Below, piece after piece: positions 47,030 through 60,976 of a DNA stretch of 64,000 nt. The notes beneath the pieces were generated by a model. It was not told where the DNA came from. It saw only the letters and a program-made list of their open reading frames with translations, and searched no databases. The stretch is from Macrostomum lignano (lineage: Eukaryota), in NCBI GenBank assembly GCA_002269645.1, contig NIVC01001984.1, forward strand, positions 62,001-126,000, read 5' to 3'. Positions within the stretch are counted from its first letter, which is position 1; every line of letters begins with the position of its first letter. The translations under genes and the position numbers were made by a program.

Positions 47030-48309
47030 AGATAGGAGAGAAGAAAGCTTAGAAGAGGAGGAGACACCAAACCTTGAGTTTCAAAGTTGTCAATGCAGCT
47101 TGCAGTAGCTAGGCTGCATGAATATCGTCGCTCATGACGTCAGATATACTCGCAATTCATAACTCGTGTGACAGGAGCAAAGAGAAGTTAAGGGTGAGAG
47201 ATGAGAGCACAAAACTCTAAGAGTCTCGATGCACTTGCGTAACCCGGACATTCGGTGTTTCTTAAATGGAAATTAGCTGATTATTCACAATTATAGTTTC
47301 GTATATCAAAGTACAATGTGCAGAATACCTTTTTACTACAGATGTGCATCAGGATTATTCGCCGTTGAAACATATAATTAAAATTTATCAAGTAGCGATC
47401 ATAGAACAGGGATCGCACTACATGTAGCTGTTGTGTATGCGCGGCTTGGCCATGTCGCCTAGAGTTTTTGCGTTCTGACTGGCTGGGAGGTTTGTCTGTC
47501 TGCCCAGACCGGCATTGGCCGGATGGGGGTTTGGTGTTTGCTGAATCATGCTAAGTTAGTTTAACTATAATATACATGTAAGTGCGCACTGGCCTTTCAA
47601 GCCTTTGACTTTTCCTACTCGCTTCTCGCATTTAGTTCACATATACACTGTGCTGAAATTTTAATAACATTAAATTTATATTGGCGGCTTTTTGCCGAAG
47701 TTTCCCTCTTTCGCAGCCGACATGGCAACTGCTGTCGCCGCAATGTACAATTGTTTCTAAATTGTCAAAAGCTGTACTTGTAGGGACTGATGCCCTGGTA
47801 AAACAAATATCCGGCATAATAAATGGTAAAATTTGCGAATAGGACAATTAAAAAAATTTTATATTTTAGAAATTGAGGAAAGTGGATAGTTAAAATTCCG
47901 AATTTTTTGCACCCAGAAAAATGATTTATCGCATGTACGTATTTAAAAAATCATTTTCTGCGAAACTCGCGCACCGTCGCAGCAGCTAGGGGTTGAATTA
48001 GTTAGGCTTTTGGCCTAGAAAAAGGTTAGTATCAGTTTCAATTAAGTTAGGCCTATTATTTCTTGACAGCAAAAAGTCAGAAAACTTATTTTAGTTTTAG
48101 TGATTTGCATTTACTGGTATTTACGTACGTTCATATTCTAGGGATTGTACTTTCTGCTTCAGACGTTCATTTCTGTTCTGAGAATCTTTGTCTGAGACTG
48201 ATTCTGATGTAGCTTCCTGTAATCCAAAACTAGGCCCCTAAGGAGAGCAATACAAGTAAAGAAAGTCAAATTATGTAAATGGACTTTAAAAAGACCATTA
48301 AACGTATTT

Positions 48310-50450
48310 ATTTAATGCTAAACAATAAAGCTTGTCTAGGACTAGGTGTACTTTCTACTCTCCTATCTAGAATAATTACCACTATTATATTATAAGTCTA
48401 ATTATAAGAATATAATTACTATTATCAGTTGTGTTGTATTTTTAATCTTAAATGAATTTAATTTAATGAAGAATATCTTTATAAAATTAAATAGATATAA
48501 ATAATGACCTAAACTAAATTATGTCTAGTTAGGCCTACTATAATTAAATAGTTGTTCTGTATAGATAGCTTTTTAGCTATTATTTTTTTGGCTAGGCCAT
48601 ATGCATTGAATTTTGATTTTTAAATACATTCAATATAACAAATATTTAATTTATATAATAATAAAAAATCTTAGTTTAGTAAGAACTTCATTATTTTTTT
48701 TTATGATTATGAGCCTTACTGTAGTAACTCAATTATTGTAGTTATTTTTAATTTGCTTAAAATATTCATAATATTTCTGCTAATTTGCAGAAATATCATA
48801 AAAGCACATAGCTAGCCTACTACCAAAAAGTCTAAAATGTTTAAATTTTTTTAAATATTGAATGCAAAAGTGAAACCTTGCCCTAGTTACTCCTAATTAT
48901 TTTTATTTACTATATTATAACATTTTTTTAATCTATAATTATACTATACTATAGCAACTATGACAGTAAAGTAGGTATCTATAGATATCACAACTATAGA
49001 AATAGGCCCTACAATGATTTACAAATAAATATATCTTCTAGTAACACAATATATACACAATTTACATTTGTAGTGCAATAGTTACCTAAAATATAGTAAA
49101 TATATTTTTTTATCAAAAATCTAGTATAGACAAGACAGTTTTGTTCCAACATAGTTTTGCTTTGTGTGTAATTTAAATATTTTCTTTTGGCTTTAAATTA
49201 TTAAGTGCTCCTTTTCTCTTTTGATATGCTTATTTTAACATATAGATTTTATTTCTTTTATATTTTCTACATTTTTCAATCATTTTGTTTTTGTTTTTGT
49301 TTTTCAATCTCCCTTAAAATTTTTGGTACTTTGGTAGTTTAACCATGGTTGGTTAGTTTTGCAATATACCTGCCTTGGCCACCTTGTAGTCAATCAGATT
49401 AATTGCCAATATGAGTAGAAGAAGCCTTATATACTAGGGCCAGGTGTATCCTTCTGTCTTTATAAATGATTCCACAGCTGTTACCAAAGTTGTACTAGGC
49501 CCTTTGGTTCTCCCTTTCTAAATCCTACTGATATGCTACCAAAGTTGTCCTAGGGCTTAACTTCTCTCTATTAAAAGTTCTATTGCTACCACTAAGACTA
49601 TTCTATTATGAATTTAAATTACTAAATTCCTAAAATAGGTCTGAGAATAGTTTTTAGTATACTCGTAAGTCTGAATATTTATCTGAGTATTTATCTAAGC
49701 ATAGGTCTAAGTATTAGTCTGAGAATTATTCTCAGTTTTGATCTAAGTATTAGTTAGACTCTCACCAGTAGCATTCTACTGTTATTCTAGTAGCATTCTT
49801 ATTGTTAGTCTAGCCTAAGTGGGATATAGTCTACTGGTATATGTTCCGCATATATTTCCAGTCCTAGGCATTTCCAAGATCAGAGGGTCACAGCCTCTTA
49901 GTACTTTATATGTACTGTTAGGATCTACTTTTTATTCTTCTACTTATAACTTCTACTTCTTAGTAGTATATATAGTATGTGCCTCTGTTAATTAGTTAAT
50001 AGAGGCCTTTAAATGATTCTAACAATACAATAAATAATATATAGGCTTTTCCCTATCTGTTTAATAATTCTACAGAGCATCTATGCGCTTATATGTCTCT
50101 AGAACTGCTTCATTTCTATCAATAGATTAAGATATTACAGAGTATATTGCACTAGGCCTAACAGGATATTTAGAACCCTCCTGAAATTATTTATCTTTTT
50201 TATAGCAGTTAAAGGTTTGTCTGACTATATTTATTATTTTAGAAAGTTACAATTTTTTTTGCCTTTCAGCAATAATTTTCAATAGGAATTGCTGATCTCA
50301 TGCTATTAGCTTGTATATTACTTTTGCATCGGTAATTGACTACTTAAATAAGTAGTATTTAACTTCCATTTTTTCAAGAGTTCAATTAAAGATAATTATT
50401 TTTAATTTCTATTTTATTAATTGATAAAAGGCTTTGATAGTTTTGATAAG
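48310..50450. repeat. Ancient CpG-depleted, AT/TA-rich repeat block
   Basis: Very few CG; frequent TAGGCC; 49470-49900 homologous to 17300-17800. Confidence 0.55.
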
Positions 50451-50514
50451 CATGAAATTTATATGATATTCATTTTGCATGCAAATCCAGTTTTGCACCA
50501 AATACCAAACAAAG

Positions 50515-52316
50515 ATGCCTCAGAAAACTCACAGCTTAGTTGTTATTGGTGCCGGGGCACCACGAACTGGCACTGTCTCGCAGAAGGTGGCCCTTGAACT
50601 CCTTCTTGGCCAGCCATGCTACCATATGGGTGAAGCTTTGGGTCTTCACAATTCTAGGTAGGTAATGATCTCTAGTGATTGAATCAACTATGCTTGTAGC
50701 CACAAATCTAATTACAAATCTAATCTAACACTTGTCCATTAACTAGACGCCACATTCCAATGTGGATTCAAGCAGTGGAATCTGGATTGAGCAAATCGTT
50801 GGCAGATGAAATTCTTGGCAATTATTCGGCCTGCGTTGACTACCCTACCGCCAGCTTCTACAAAGAACTGATGCAGCACTATCCAAATGCCAAGGTTGGT
50901 CATAAAAAAACCCAGAAATTTTTTAAGGCATTATCACAAGCAATTAAGTACAAAATTTTAAATATAATTATAATCAAAGATATCTAAAAAATTATTTCGT
51001 TTTTTAAACTGTATAAAAGTGTGATGGTCACTAAAGTAGATAAGGAAACTACCCTTTCTCAGAAAATGTTTATAAGGTTGGTTTTCGACAAAAAATACAC
51101 TATGGAGATAGCTTGCAAGTATTCATTTTTTCTGCACAAAACTGTTATTGCTTTTGAAAGAAGACAAACCCAATGCTCGTATTTCGGTATTTTGTGCCTT
51201 TCTTACAGCTCTATTGATATTCATAAAGCTTTTCATTTAGAAAATTATAATTTATGTAAACTTTTATTCTACATACATTTCCTGTACCTAAAATCATAAA
51301 AATGCATGCTACAGCTCGACTCTTTGATTTTATGAATCTATTTTATCATCTCTGTTACACATATTGTTACACAGTCAGCTAATAATGATAAAATAGACTC
51401 ATAAAACCAATGAGCTGAGCCATGTCATTTTTATGGTTCTTAGACAGGACATGTGCAATTGTACATAAATATTAGCATAGAGTCCTAATGTTCTAAACGA
51501 AAAGCTTTATAAATATCAATAGAGCTATAAGAAAGGCACAACATATCAAAAGATGAACACTGGGTCTGTCTCCTATTGAAAGCAGTAACAATTTATTTTG
51601 CTAAAAATGAGACTTCCTATCTCCGTAGTGTGTTTTTCACTTGTACCACCAGTCACTGATACCAAAGTTGTTCATTTTTTAAAATCAACCCAACAAAAGG
51701 ATTACATTATTAACTGACGGTCACAAGTGTCAGATTTCACCTTATCGAACATTTTTGAGAGAAAATTTCCCAACTGAATTTATCCCCTAGAACTATTCGT
51801 GTTCGTGTTTCAAAAAAGTGCTCACTTTTAAACTCAACCGACTCGCAGGTGATTCTGAGCGTTCGCGACACAAACAGCTGGGTAGAGAGCATGCAGAGCA
51901 GTATTCTGAAAGCTATGCACACTATGGAGAGATTTCCCCGGCCATTGAAATGGTTGCTAGGCATTGGACAGGCTGACAAAATGATTGACGCCGTGTTTCG
52001 TCGCGAATTCGGCGACAATTATAACTTAGCCGATTCCGAATTCATGGCGCGTCAATTCGAGGAGAGAAACGACTCGATTCGTCGAGTTGTTCCATCGGAA
52101 CGGCTGCTCGAATTTCGCGTATCCGACGGTTGGGCACCTCTGTGCCAGTTTCTTAACTTGCCAGTGCCAGATAAGCCGTTTCCAAGGCTGAATGATCGCA
52201 AACAGGTTGAAAGAGCTTTGAACATTATGACCGCGATCACATACGTTAGCGACGCCCTGGCAACGGCTTCTTGCATCGGATTGGCCGTCTGGATTGGGCG
52301 ACGCTTCCTAAATTAA
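50515..52316 (+). CDS. PAPS-dependent sulfotransferase, Sulfotransfer_4 type; exons 50515-50657, 50747-50894, 51849-52316 (252 aa)
   Basis: VIGAGAPRTGT P-loop, ALELL..PCYHM, VDYP, YPNAK/VILSVRD..SW..S, VPSERLLEF...GWAPLCQFLNLPVPDKPFPRLND; GT-AG introns in compatible phases (2, 0); hydrophobic C-terminal tail. Confidence 0.92.
51019..51726. mobile_element. Fold-back (palindromic) element in sulfotransferase intron 2
   Basis: Arms ~51019-51355 and ~51385-51726 are diverged reverse complements (e.g. TGTGCCTTTCTTACAGCTCTATTGATATT vs AATATCAATAGAGCTATAAGAAAGGCACA). Confidence 0.85.
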
Positions 52317-53274
52317 CAGCTGAAATTAAAGAATTGCTATAGGAATAGAAGTACGCTCGTATGTTCTCTGTAGTCTACTATTTTAGTAGGCGAGTAGAGA
52401 GTTTTAACGCCTAAATTTGTTTTGTAAGTAGAAAAGTCTTAGGTAAGGAGATACTAAAAATATTGTAGCTTGACATTCGCGACTTACCTAACTACTCAAT
52501 TTTTACAACGTGAGTAGTCTATATAAAACATTTTTACTTTATCGCTAATTGTTTTTTTCAAATCAACTTTATTATGAAACTCTGATTGATTATTGGAATT
52601 TTCGTGTACTCGAAGTATTCAATACGTAACCAAAACGCGCTTGCTTAAAAAACGCTACTAAAATCATGTGTGTAACTTCATTCGGGAATAAATAAACTCT
52701 TATCTAACAACAATATTTAGTTTGTAGTTTCTTTTTTTACCAAAAAACTACGTAAATAAGTATTGTTTTTTATTGCTTCGCTTTTTTCCAATATTCAATA
52801 GTGGCTTCACTTCGCTGCATATCTTTGACTGAGGCTGTAAAATGTTGTAAAACAAGAAAATCCAAGTTAGTTGTTCGCTTAAATGTGCTGCAACTTTCAA
52901 CAGCTTTTTTCTGCCCTCTGCCCTCGATTTTTCCTCGAATGCATGCACCCTTTTGACAATGAGTCATGTACACATGTTGCACGCGCGTATAAAACACATG
53001 CTACACGCCAACTGGAAAACGAATATGGGAGGGACTTCAAGAAAATAGAAAGGTCCATTAGTTGCACATTTTGTTCCTCTGTGGCCAGTACAGTCAGTCT
53101 AGAACAGCTGTTGTAGCAGCAATTCATTGCTTTGACCATCTGATGTATGTGTAACAGCCGTAGATACCTGATGCTTATATGATGCATTTTTCCTACATAA
53201 ATTACCCCATGAAGTTTCTGGAAAAGTCCTTCCTTACCGACGTAACTGTACTGTATACTTAGGTCTTAGGTCTT

Positions 53275-54247
53275 TCAAATGAAATGCCAGTCTCTCAGAT
53301 GAAATGCCAGTCTCTCAGGTGAAATGCCAGTCTCTCAAATGAAATGCCAGTCTCTCAAATGAAATGCCAGTCTCTCAAATGAAATGCCAGTCTCTCAAAT
53401 GAAATGCCAGTCTCTCAGATGAAATGCCAGTCTCTCAAATGAAATGCCAGTCTCTCAGATGAAATGCCAGTCTCTCAAATGAAATGCCAGTCTCTCAAAT
53501 GAAATGCCAGTCTCAGATGAAATGCCAGTCTCTCAAATGAAATGCCTGTCTCTCAGATGAAATGCCAGTCTCTCAAATGAAATGCCAGTCTCTCAAATGA
53601 AATGCCAGTCTCTAAAATGAAATGCCAGTCTCTCAGATGAAATGCCAGTCTCTCAAATGAAATGCCAGTCTCTCAAATGAAATGCCAGTCTCTCAAATGA
53701 AATGCCAGTCTCTCAAATGAAATGCCAGTCTCTCAAATGAAATGCCAGTCTCTCAAATGAAATGCCAGTCTCTCAAATGAAATGCCAGTCTCTCAGATAA
53801 AATGCCAGTCTCTCAAATAAAATGCCAGTCTCTCAAATGAAATGCCAGTCTCTCAGATGAAATGCCAGTCTCTCAGATGAAATGCCAGTCTCTCAGATGA
53901 AATGCCAGTCTCTCAAATGAAATGGCAGTCTCTCAGATGAAATGCCAGTCTCTCAAATGAAATGCCAGTCTCTCAAATGAAATGCCAGTCTCTCAAATAA
54001 AATGCCAGTCTCTCAGATGAAATGCCAGTCTCTCAGATGAAATGCCAGTCTCTCAAATGAAATGCCAGTCTCTCAGATGAAATGCCAGTCTCTCAGATGA
54101 AATGCCAGTCTCTCAGATGAAATTCCAGTCTCTCAGATGAAATGCCAGTCTCTTAGATGAAATGCCAGTCTCTCAAATGAAATGCCAGTCTCTCAGATGA
54201 AATGCCAGTCTCTCAGATGAAATGCCAGTCTCTCAGATAAAATGACA
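53275..54247. repeat. 20-bp minisatellite (TGAAATGCCAGTCTCTCAAA)
   Basis: About 48 homogeneous tandem units. Confidence 0.97.
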
Positions 54248-54519
54248 GCCTAAAACAGCAAAACCATTCGCAGGTCACAATACCGAAGCGCATCCTAGAT
54301 ATTGAGACGATAATTTCATTTCTTAGAAAACAGTTTTGAAGGCTCGGCTGTTTTTCTAGATAACCAATGGTTTACTAATTAATCAAATGTATGCGGATCT
54401 ATGCAGTGCATGTCTCTCGATTCTTGTCCCTTCCGTTCCGACTGTCAGTATTGGTTGCGGCCTTCATGGTTTTGCCATAATCTGGCACTGCAGGCACCGA
54501 GACAGCCAATGGCGCTCGA

Positions 54520-57500
54520 TCATAGCGGCGTGGACTCTGAAATTATTGCTTTTTATATATTCCGACACAGCAGTTACCGCAGCGACTTAAAAACTATTAG
54601 AATTCTACTAAACATTCAATGATTTACATGTACTAAAGCACCTGTTATGAGACATATACATGTACATAGACTGTCATCGGGCTGCCATAACTGATCATGC
54701 GCATCTTGTGAACAAACTGTGCTTATAAGGTGAGTCGAAATTTTCACAAGAGCTCTACAAGTTAACGCACCTCTCACGCGTCATACATTAAGATAGTTTT
54801 ACAGAATGCTGTCATGCATAAGCTACAGTCTTACAGAATGCTGTCATACATAAACTACAGTATATTTTACAGAATGCTATCATGCATAAACTACAGTCTA
54901 TTTTACAGAATGCTTCATGCATAAACTACAGTCTATTTTACAGAATGCTGTCATGCATAAACTACAGTCTATTTTACAGAATGCTGTCATGCATAAACTA
55001 CAGCATATTTTACAGAATGCTGTCATGCATTAACTGCAGTATATTTTACAGAATGCTGTCATGCATAAACTACAGTATATTTTACAGAATGCTGTCATGC
55101 ATAAGCTACAGTATATTTTACAGAATGCTGTCATGCATAAGCTACAGCATATTTTACAGAATGCTGTCATGCATTAACTGCAGTCTATTTTACAGAATGC
55201 TGTCATGCATAAGCTACAGCATATTTTACAGAATGCTGTCATTCATTAATTGCAGTCTATTTTACAGAATGCTGTCATGCATAAACTACAGTATATTTTA
55301 CAGAATGCTGTCATGCATAAAATACAGTTTATTTTACAGAATGCTGTCATGCATAAGCTACAGACTATTTTACAGAATGCTGTCATGCATAAAATACAGT
55401 ATATTTTACAGAATGCTGTCATGTATAAGCTACAGACTATTTTACAGAAGGCTGTCATGCATTAACTGCAGTCTATTTTACAGAATGCTGTCATGCATAG
55501 GCTACAGACTATTTTACATAATGCTGTCATGCATAAAATACAGTCTATTTTACAGAATGCTGTCATGCATAAGCTACAGACTATTTTACAGAATGCTGTC
55601 ATGCATAAGCTACAGACTATTTTACAGAATGCTGTCATGTATAAGCTACAGTCTTACAGAATGCTGTCATGTATAAAATACAGTCTATTTTACAGAATGC
55701 TGTCATGTATAAAATACAGTCTATTTTACAGAATGCTGTCATGTATAAAATACAGTCTATTTTACAGAATGCTGTCATGCATAAAATAGACTATTTTACA
55801 GAATGCTGTCATGTATAAAATACAGTCTATTTTACAGAATGCTGTCATGCATAAGCTACAGACTATTTTACAGAATGCTGTCATGCATAAGCTACAGACT
55901 ATTTTACAGAATGCTGTCATGTATAAGCTACAGTCTTACAGAATGCTGTCATGTATAAAATACAGTCTATTTTACAGAATGCTGTCATGTATAAAATACA
56001 GTCTATTTTACAGAATGCTGTCATGTATAAAATACAGTCTATTTTACAGAATGCTGTCATGCATAAAATACAGACTATTTTACAGAATGCTTTCATGTAT
56101 AAAATACAGTCTATTTTACAGAATGCTGTCATGCATAAGCTACAGACTATTTTACAGAATGCTGTCATGCATAAGCTACAGACTATTTTACAGAATGCTG
56201 TCATGTATAAGCTACAGTCTTACAGAATGCTGTCATGTATAAAATACAGTCTATTTTACAGAATGCTGTCATGTATAAAATACAGTCTATTTTACAGAAT
56301 GCTGTCATGCATAAGCTACAGCATATTTTACAGAATGCTGTCATGCATTAACTGCAGTCTATTTTACAGAATGCTGTCATGCATAGGCTACAGACTATTT
56401 TACATAATGCTGTCATGCATAAAATACAGTCTATTTTACAGAATGCTGTCATGCATAAGCTACAGACTATTTTACAGAATGCTGTCATGCATAAGCTACA
56501 GACTATTTTACAGAATGCTGTCATGTATAAGCTACAGTCTTACAGAATGCTGTCATGTATAAAATACAGTCTATTTTACAGAATGCTGTCATGTATAAAA
56601 TACAGTCTATTTTACAGAATGCTGTCATGTATAAAATACAGTCTATTTTACAGAATGCTGTCATGCATAAAATACAGACTATTTTACAGAATGCTTTCAT
56701 GTATAAAATACAGTCTATTTTACAGAATGCTGTCATGCATAAGCTACAGACTATTTTACAGAATGCTGTCATGCATAAGCTACAGACTATTTTACAGAAT
56801 GCTGTCATGCATAAGCTACAGACTATTTTACAGAATGCTGTCATGCATAAGCTACAGACTATTTTACAGAATGCTGTCATGTATAAGCTACAGTCTTACA
56901 GAATGCTGTCATGTATAAAATACAGTCTATTTTACAGAATGCTGTCATGTATAAAATACAGTCTATTTTACAGAATGCTGTCATGCATAAAATACAGACT
57001 ATTTTACAGAATGCTGTCATGTATAAAATACAGTCTATTTTACAGAATGCTGTCATGCATAAGCTACAGACTATTTTACAGAATGCTGTCATGCATAAGC
57101 TACAGACTATTTTACAGAATGCTGTCATGTATAAGCTACAGTCTTACAGAATGCTGTCATGTATAAAATACAGTCTATTTTACAGAATGCTGTCATGTAT
57201 AAAATACAGTCTATTTTACAGAATGCTGTCATGTATAAAATACAGTCTATTTTACAGAATGCTGTCATGTATAAAATACAGTATATTTTACAGAATGCTG
57301 TCATGTATAAGCTACAGACTATTTTACAGAAGGCTGTCATTCATAGCCTACAGTCTATTTTACAGAGTTCTGTAAAATTCAAATGTTACTCCAATATTTA
57401 CAGACTAAACACCAAAGGCAGCAGGACTTGAAGCTGCATATTTTCGAACCCCGATATATTAATTGCAGGGTGAACTGCATGTCAGTTATAGACAACCATA

Positions 57501-59838
57501 TTTTTCATTTCTTTACATCTTACTGCGGCTAGTGGTGGCTTTGCCTACTTTCAAAAAAGGCCAGTCAGGCGATATGAGCGTAGCATGCGGATATTTTTTC
57601 GCGGCTGCCTCGAGGGCAGGGGGTGGTTCGAGGTTATAGGAATCTGGTCGAGACAGATAGATGTATTGATGCAGAACATTCCAAATGATTTTTAACGATG
57701 AGTCACTGCTATAGACCCCGGCACCTTGAATGCCTCGATATAGATTATGCTTCAAGTATATCTACAACCTTTCCGTTTAGGGAACCCAGTGGCATAGGTG
57801 CTGCGGGGTTCCTGTGTAGTTCTGCTATCAGTGTAATTATTTAGCTTCACTGACCTCTGTGGTGACCTCGTCTGATTGCCATATGGTAGTTTGATTTGTC
57901 GATAAAATCATATTAGATAGCTAACACAGGTTGGTTTGTCTTTCTCAGGGCGATTCTCAGGGAGATTGTAGGGCGATTCTCAGGGAGATTGTAGGGCGAT
58001 TCTCAAGGAGATTGTACGGCGATTCTCAGGGAGATTGTAGGGCGATTCTCAGGGAGATTGTAGGGCGATTCTCAAGGAGATTGTACGGCGATTCTCAGGG
58101 AGATTGTACGGCGATTCTCAGGGAGATTGTAGGGCGATTCTCAATGAGATTTTAGGGCGATTCTCAGGGAAATTGTAGGGCGATTCTCATTGAGATTGTA
58201 GGGCGATTCTCATGGAGATTGTACGGCGATTCTCAGGGAAATTGTAGGGCGATTCTCATGGAGATTGTAGGGCGATTCTCATGGAGATTGTAGGGCGATT
58301 CTCATGGAGATGTAGGGCGATTCTCAGGGAGATTTTAGGGCGATTCTCAAGGAGATTTTAGGACGATTCTCATGGAGATTGTAGGGCGATTCTCAAGGAG
58401 ATTGTAGGACGATTCTCATGGAGATGTAGGGCGATTCTCAGGGAGATTTTTGGGCGATTCTCAGGGAGATTTTAGGGCGATTCTCATGGAGATTGTGGGG
58501 CGATTCTCAGGGAGATTGTAGGACGATTCTCATGGAGATTGTAGGGCGATTCTCAGGGAGATTGTAGGGCGATTCTCAGGGAAATTGTAGGGCGATTCTC
58601 ATTGAGATTGTAGGGCGATTCTCATGGAGATTATACGGCGATTCTCAGGGAGATTGTAGGGCGATTCTCATGGAGATTGTAGGGCGATTCTCATGGAGAT
58701 TGTAGGGCGATTCTCATGGAGATGTAGGGCGAGTCTCATGGAGATTGTAGAGCGATTCTCATGGAGATTGTAGAGCGATTCTCATGGAGATTGTAGGGCG
58801 ATTCTCATGGAGATTGTAGGGCGATTCTCATGGAGATGTAGGGCGATTCTCAGGGAGATTTTTGGGCGATTCTCAGGGAGATTTTAGGGCGATTCTCATG
58901 GAGATTGTAGGGCGATTCTCAAAGAGATTGTACGGCGATTCTCAAGGAGATTGTAGGGCGATTCTCAGGGAGATTGTACGGCGATTCTCATGGAGATTGT
59001 AGGGCGATTCTCAAGGAGATTGTAGGGCAATTCTCAGGGAGATTATACGGCGATTCTCAGGGAGATTGCAGGGCGATTCTCAGGGAGATTGCAGGGCGAT
59101 TCTCATGAAGATTTAAGGGCGATTCTCATTGAGATTGTAGGGCGATTCTCAAGGAGATTTTAGGGCGATTCTCAAGGAGATTTTAGGATGATTCTCAGTT
59201 AGATTGTAGGGCGATTCTCAGGGAGATTTTAGGGCGATTATCCTGGAGATTGTAGGGCTATTCTCAGGGAGATTTTAGGGCGATTCTCATGGAGATTGTA
59301 GGGCGATTCTCAAGGAGATTTATGGGCGATTCTTAAGGAGATTTTAGGGTGATTCTCAGTTAGATTGTAGGGCGATTCTCAGGGAGATTTTAGGGCGATT
59401 CTCCTGGAGATTGTAGGGCTATTCTCAGGGAGATTTTAGGGCGATTCTCATGGAGATTGTAGGGCGATTCTCAAGGAGATTTATGGGCGATTCTTAAGGA
59501 GATTTTAGGGTGATTCTCAGTTAGATTGTAGGGCGATTCTCAGGGAAATTGTAGGGCGATTCTCATGGAGATTGTAGGGCGATTCTCATGGAGATGTAGG
59601 GCGATTCTCAGGGAGATTTTAGGGCGATTCTCAGGGAGATCGTAGAACGATTCTCAGGGAGATTGTAGGGCGATTCTCAGGGAGATAGTATGGTGATTCT
59701 TAGGGAGACATCTCGTAGTTTAAAATTATTGATAATTTTGAGTTAACGTAATACTCGGGGCTGCTGTGTACACCTTGGGTAATCGCGAGCGTTGCACCAG
59801 ACTGAACTTCCAAAGCATCAATACCTTTGCATAAATTC
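54520..59838 (-). CDS. 3' part of a putative orphan spliced gene; exons 59838-59755, 57643-57524, 54536-54520
   Basis: Three unique-sequence islands between arrays, each preceded by an AG acceptor, with GT donors and all junctions phase 1, giving ..IYAKVLMLWKFSLVQRSRLPKVYTAAPNSYNLEPPPALEAAAKKYPHATLISPDWPFLKVGKATTSRKSTPL*. No homology recognised; 5' exons not located. Confidence 0.4.
54797..57368. repeat. 32-bp minisatellite (TTTTACAGAATGCTGTCATGCATAAGCTACAGACTA-type) with 28-bp variants and higher-order blocks
   Basis: Tandem units visible; the shorter variant recurs with similar neighbours. Confidence 0.97.
57945..59708. repeat. Minisatellite with a ~23-bp unit (GGGCGATTCTCAGGGAGATTGTA)
   Basis: Tandem units visible. 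Confidence 0.95.
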
Positions 59839-60319
59839 CTACATTGAAAAAAATAAATAATTTTCAAATGTCAAAGCTATAAAAACTAACTGTTTTGAGG
59901 GCATTTCCTTAGCAACCGAAACGACGCACATGCCCCCCCCGTTTCACTTTCATTTAAAGTATCTCTGCTAACTTTGTCATTCATTAAACTCGCATCGCGA
60001 GATTCCTTTGGCTGGGGAGGAATTCTTTAAAAAAAGGAAAAACTCGGCAAGAATCGCCTCTCGCAGGGCGACTGCTGCGCATTTGCACTTGCCAATGAAA
60101 GTTTTCGTTTCTATCAGTCTTTTTTCGCATTTTTGCATCGAGAATTTTTTTAACTGCCCTAATTCATTGAATTCAGTTCGTCGCTTACTTGCATGTTCAC
60201 TCAACTAGGCTCACACAACTGCTTATTGCGTAAAGATCTGGGAGTGTACTCATAAGGAGCCTTGGTTCTCATCAGCTTGCCAAAAATCCAATATTCATTT
60301 TTTTATTTAATTCATGCAC

Positions 60320-60958
60320 CCCTTCTGGCGCTATGATGGCCCACCACCCCTTCCGACTCTATAGCCCACCACCCCTTCCGGCTCTATGGCCCACCACCCT
60401 TCCGACTCTATGGCCCACCCCCCTTCTGGCTCTATGGCCCACCACCCCTTCCGACTCTGTGGCTCACTACCCCTTTTGGCTCTATGGCCCACCACCCCTT
60501 CTGGCTCTATGGCCCACCACCCCTTCTGGCTCTATGGCCCACCACCCCTTCTGGCTCTATGGCCCACCACCCCTTCTGGCTCTGTGGCCCACCAACCCTT
60601 CTGGCTCTGTGGCCCACCAACCCTTCTGGCTTTATGGCCCACCACCCCTTCTGGCTCTGTGGCTCACCACCCCTTTTGGCTCTATGGCCCACCACCCCTT
60701 CCGGCTCTATGGCTCACTACCCCTTTTGGCTCTATGGCCCACCACCCCTTCTGGCTCTATGGCCCACCACCCCTTCTGGCTCTGTGGCCCACCAACCCTT
60801 CTGGCTTTATGGCCCACCACCCCTTCTGGCTCTGTGGCTCACCACCCCTTTTGGCTCTATGGCCCACCACCCCTTCCGGCTCTATGGTCCACCACCCCTT
60901 CTGGCTCTATGCCTCACCACCCTTTCTGATTTTGTGGCCCACCACCCCTTCTGACTCT
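60320..60958. repeat. ~25-bp minisatellite (CCACCACCCCTTCTGGCTCTATGGC)
   Basis: Tandem units visible. Confidence 0.95.
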
Positions 60959-60976
60959 GAAACTATTTTATTAAAG

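Noticed and set aside
47632-47847. YYAGY-like resemblance to P/THAP transposase C-termini in an alternate frame
   Set aside because: Too short and interrupted by a stop; could be chance.
52883-53187. Cys-rich small ORFs, possibly THAP-like
   Set aside because: THAP signature residues not found in order.
54882-57431. Many repetitive ORFs (YRMLSCI / LQNAVM)
   Set aside because: Products of the 32-bp array with frame rotation.
53275-59708. CRISPR-like appearance of regular arrays
   Set aside because: Repeats are contiguous with no unique spacers, there are no cas genes, and the context is eukaryotic.
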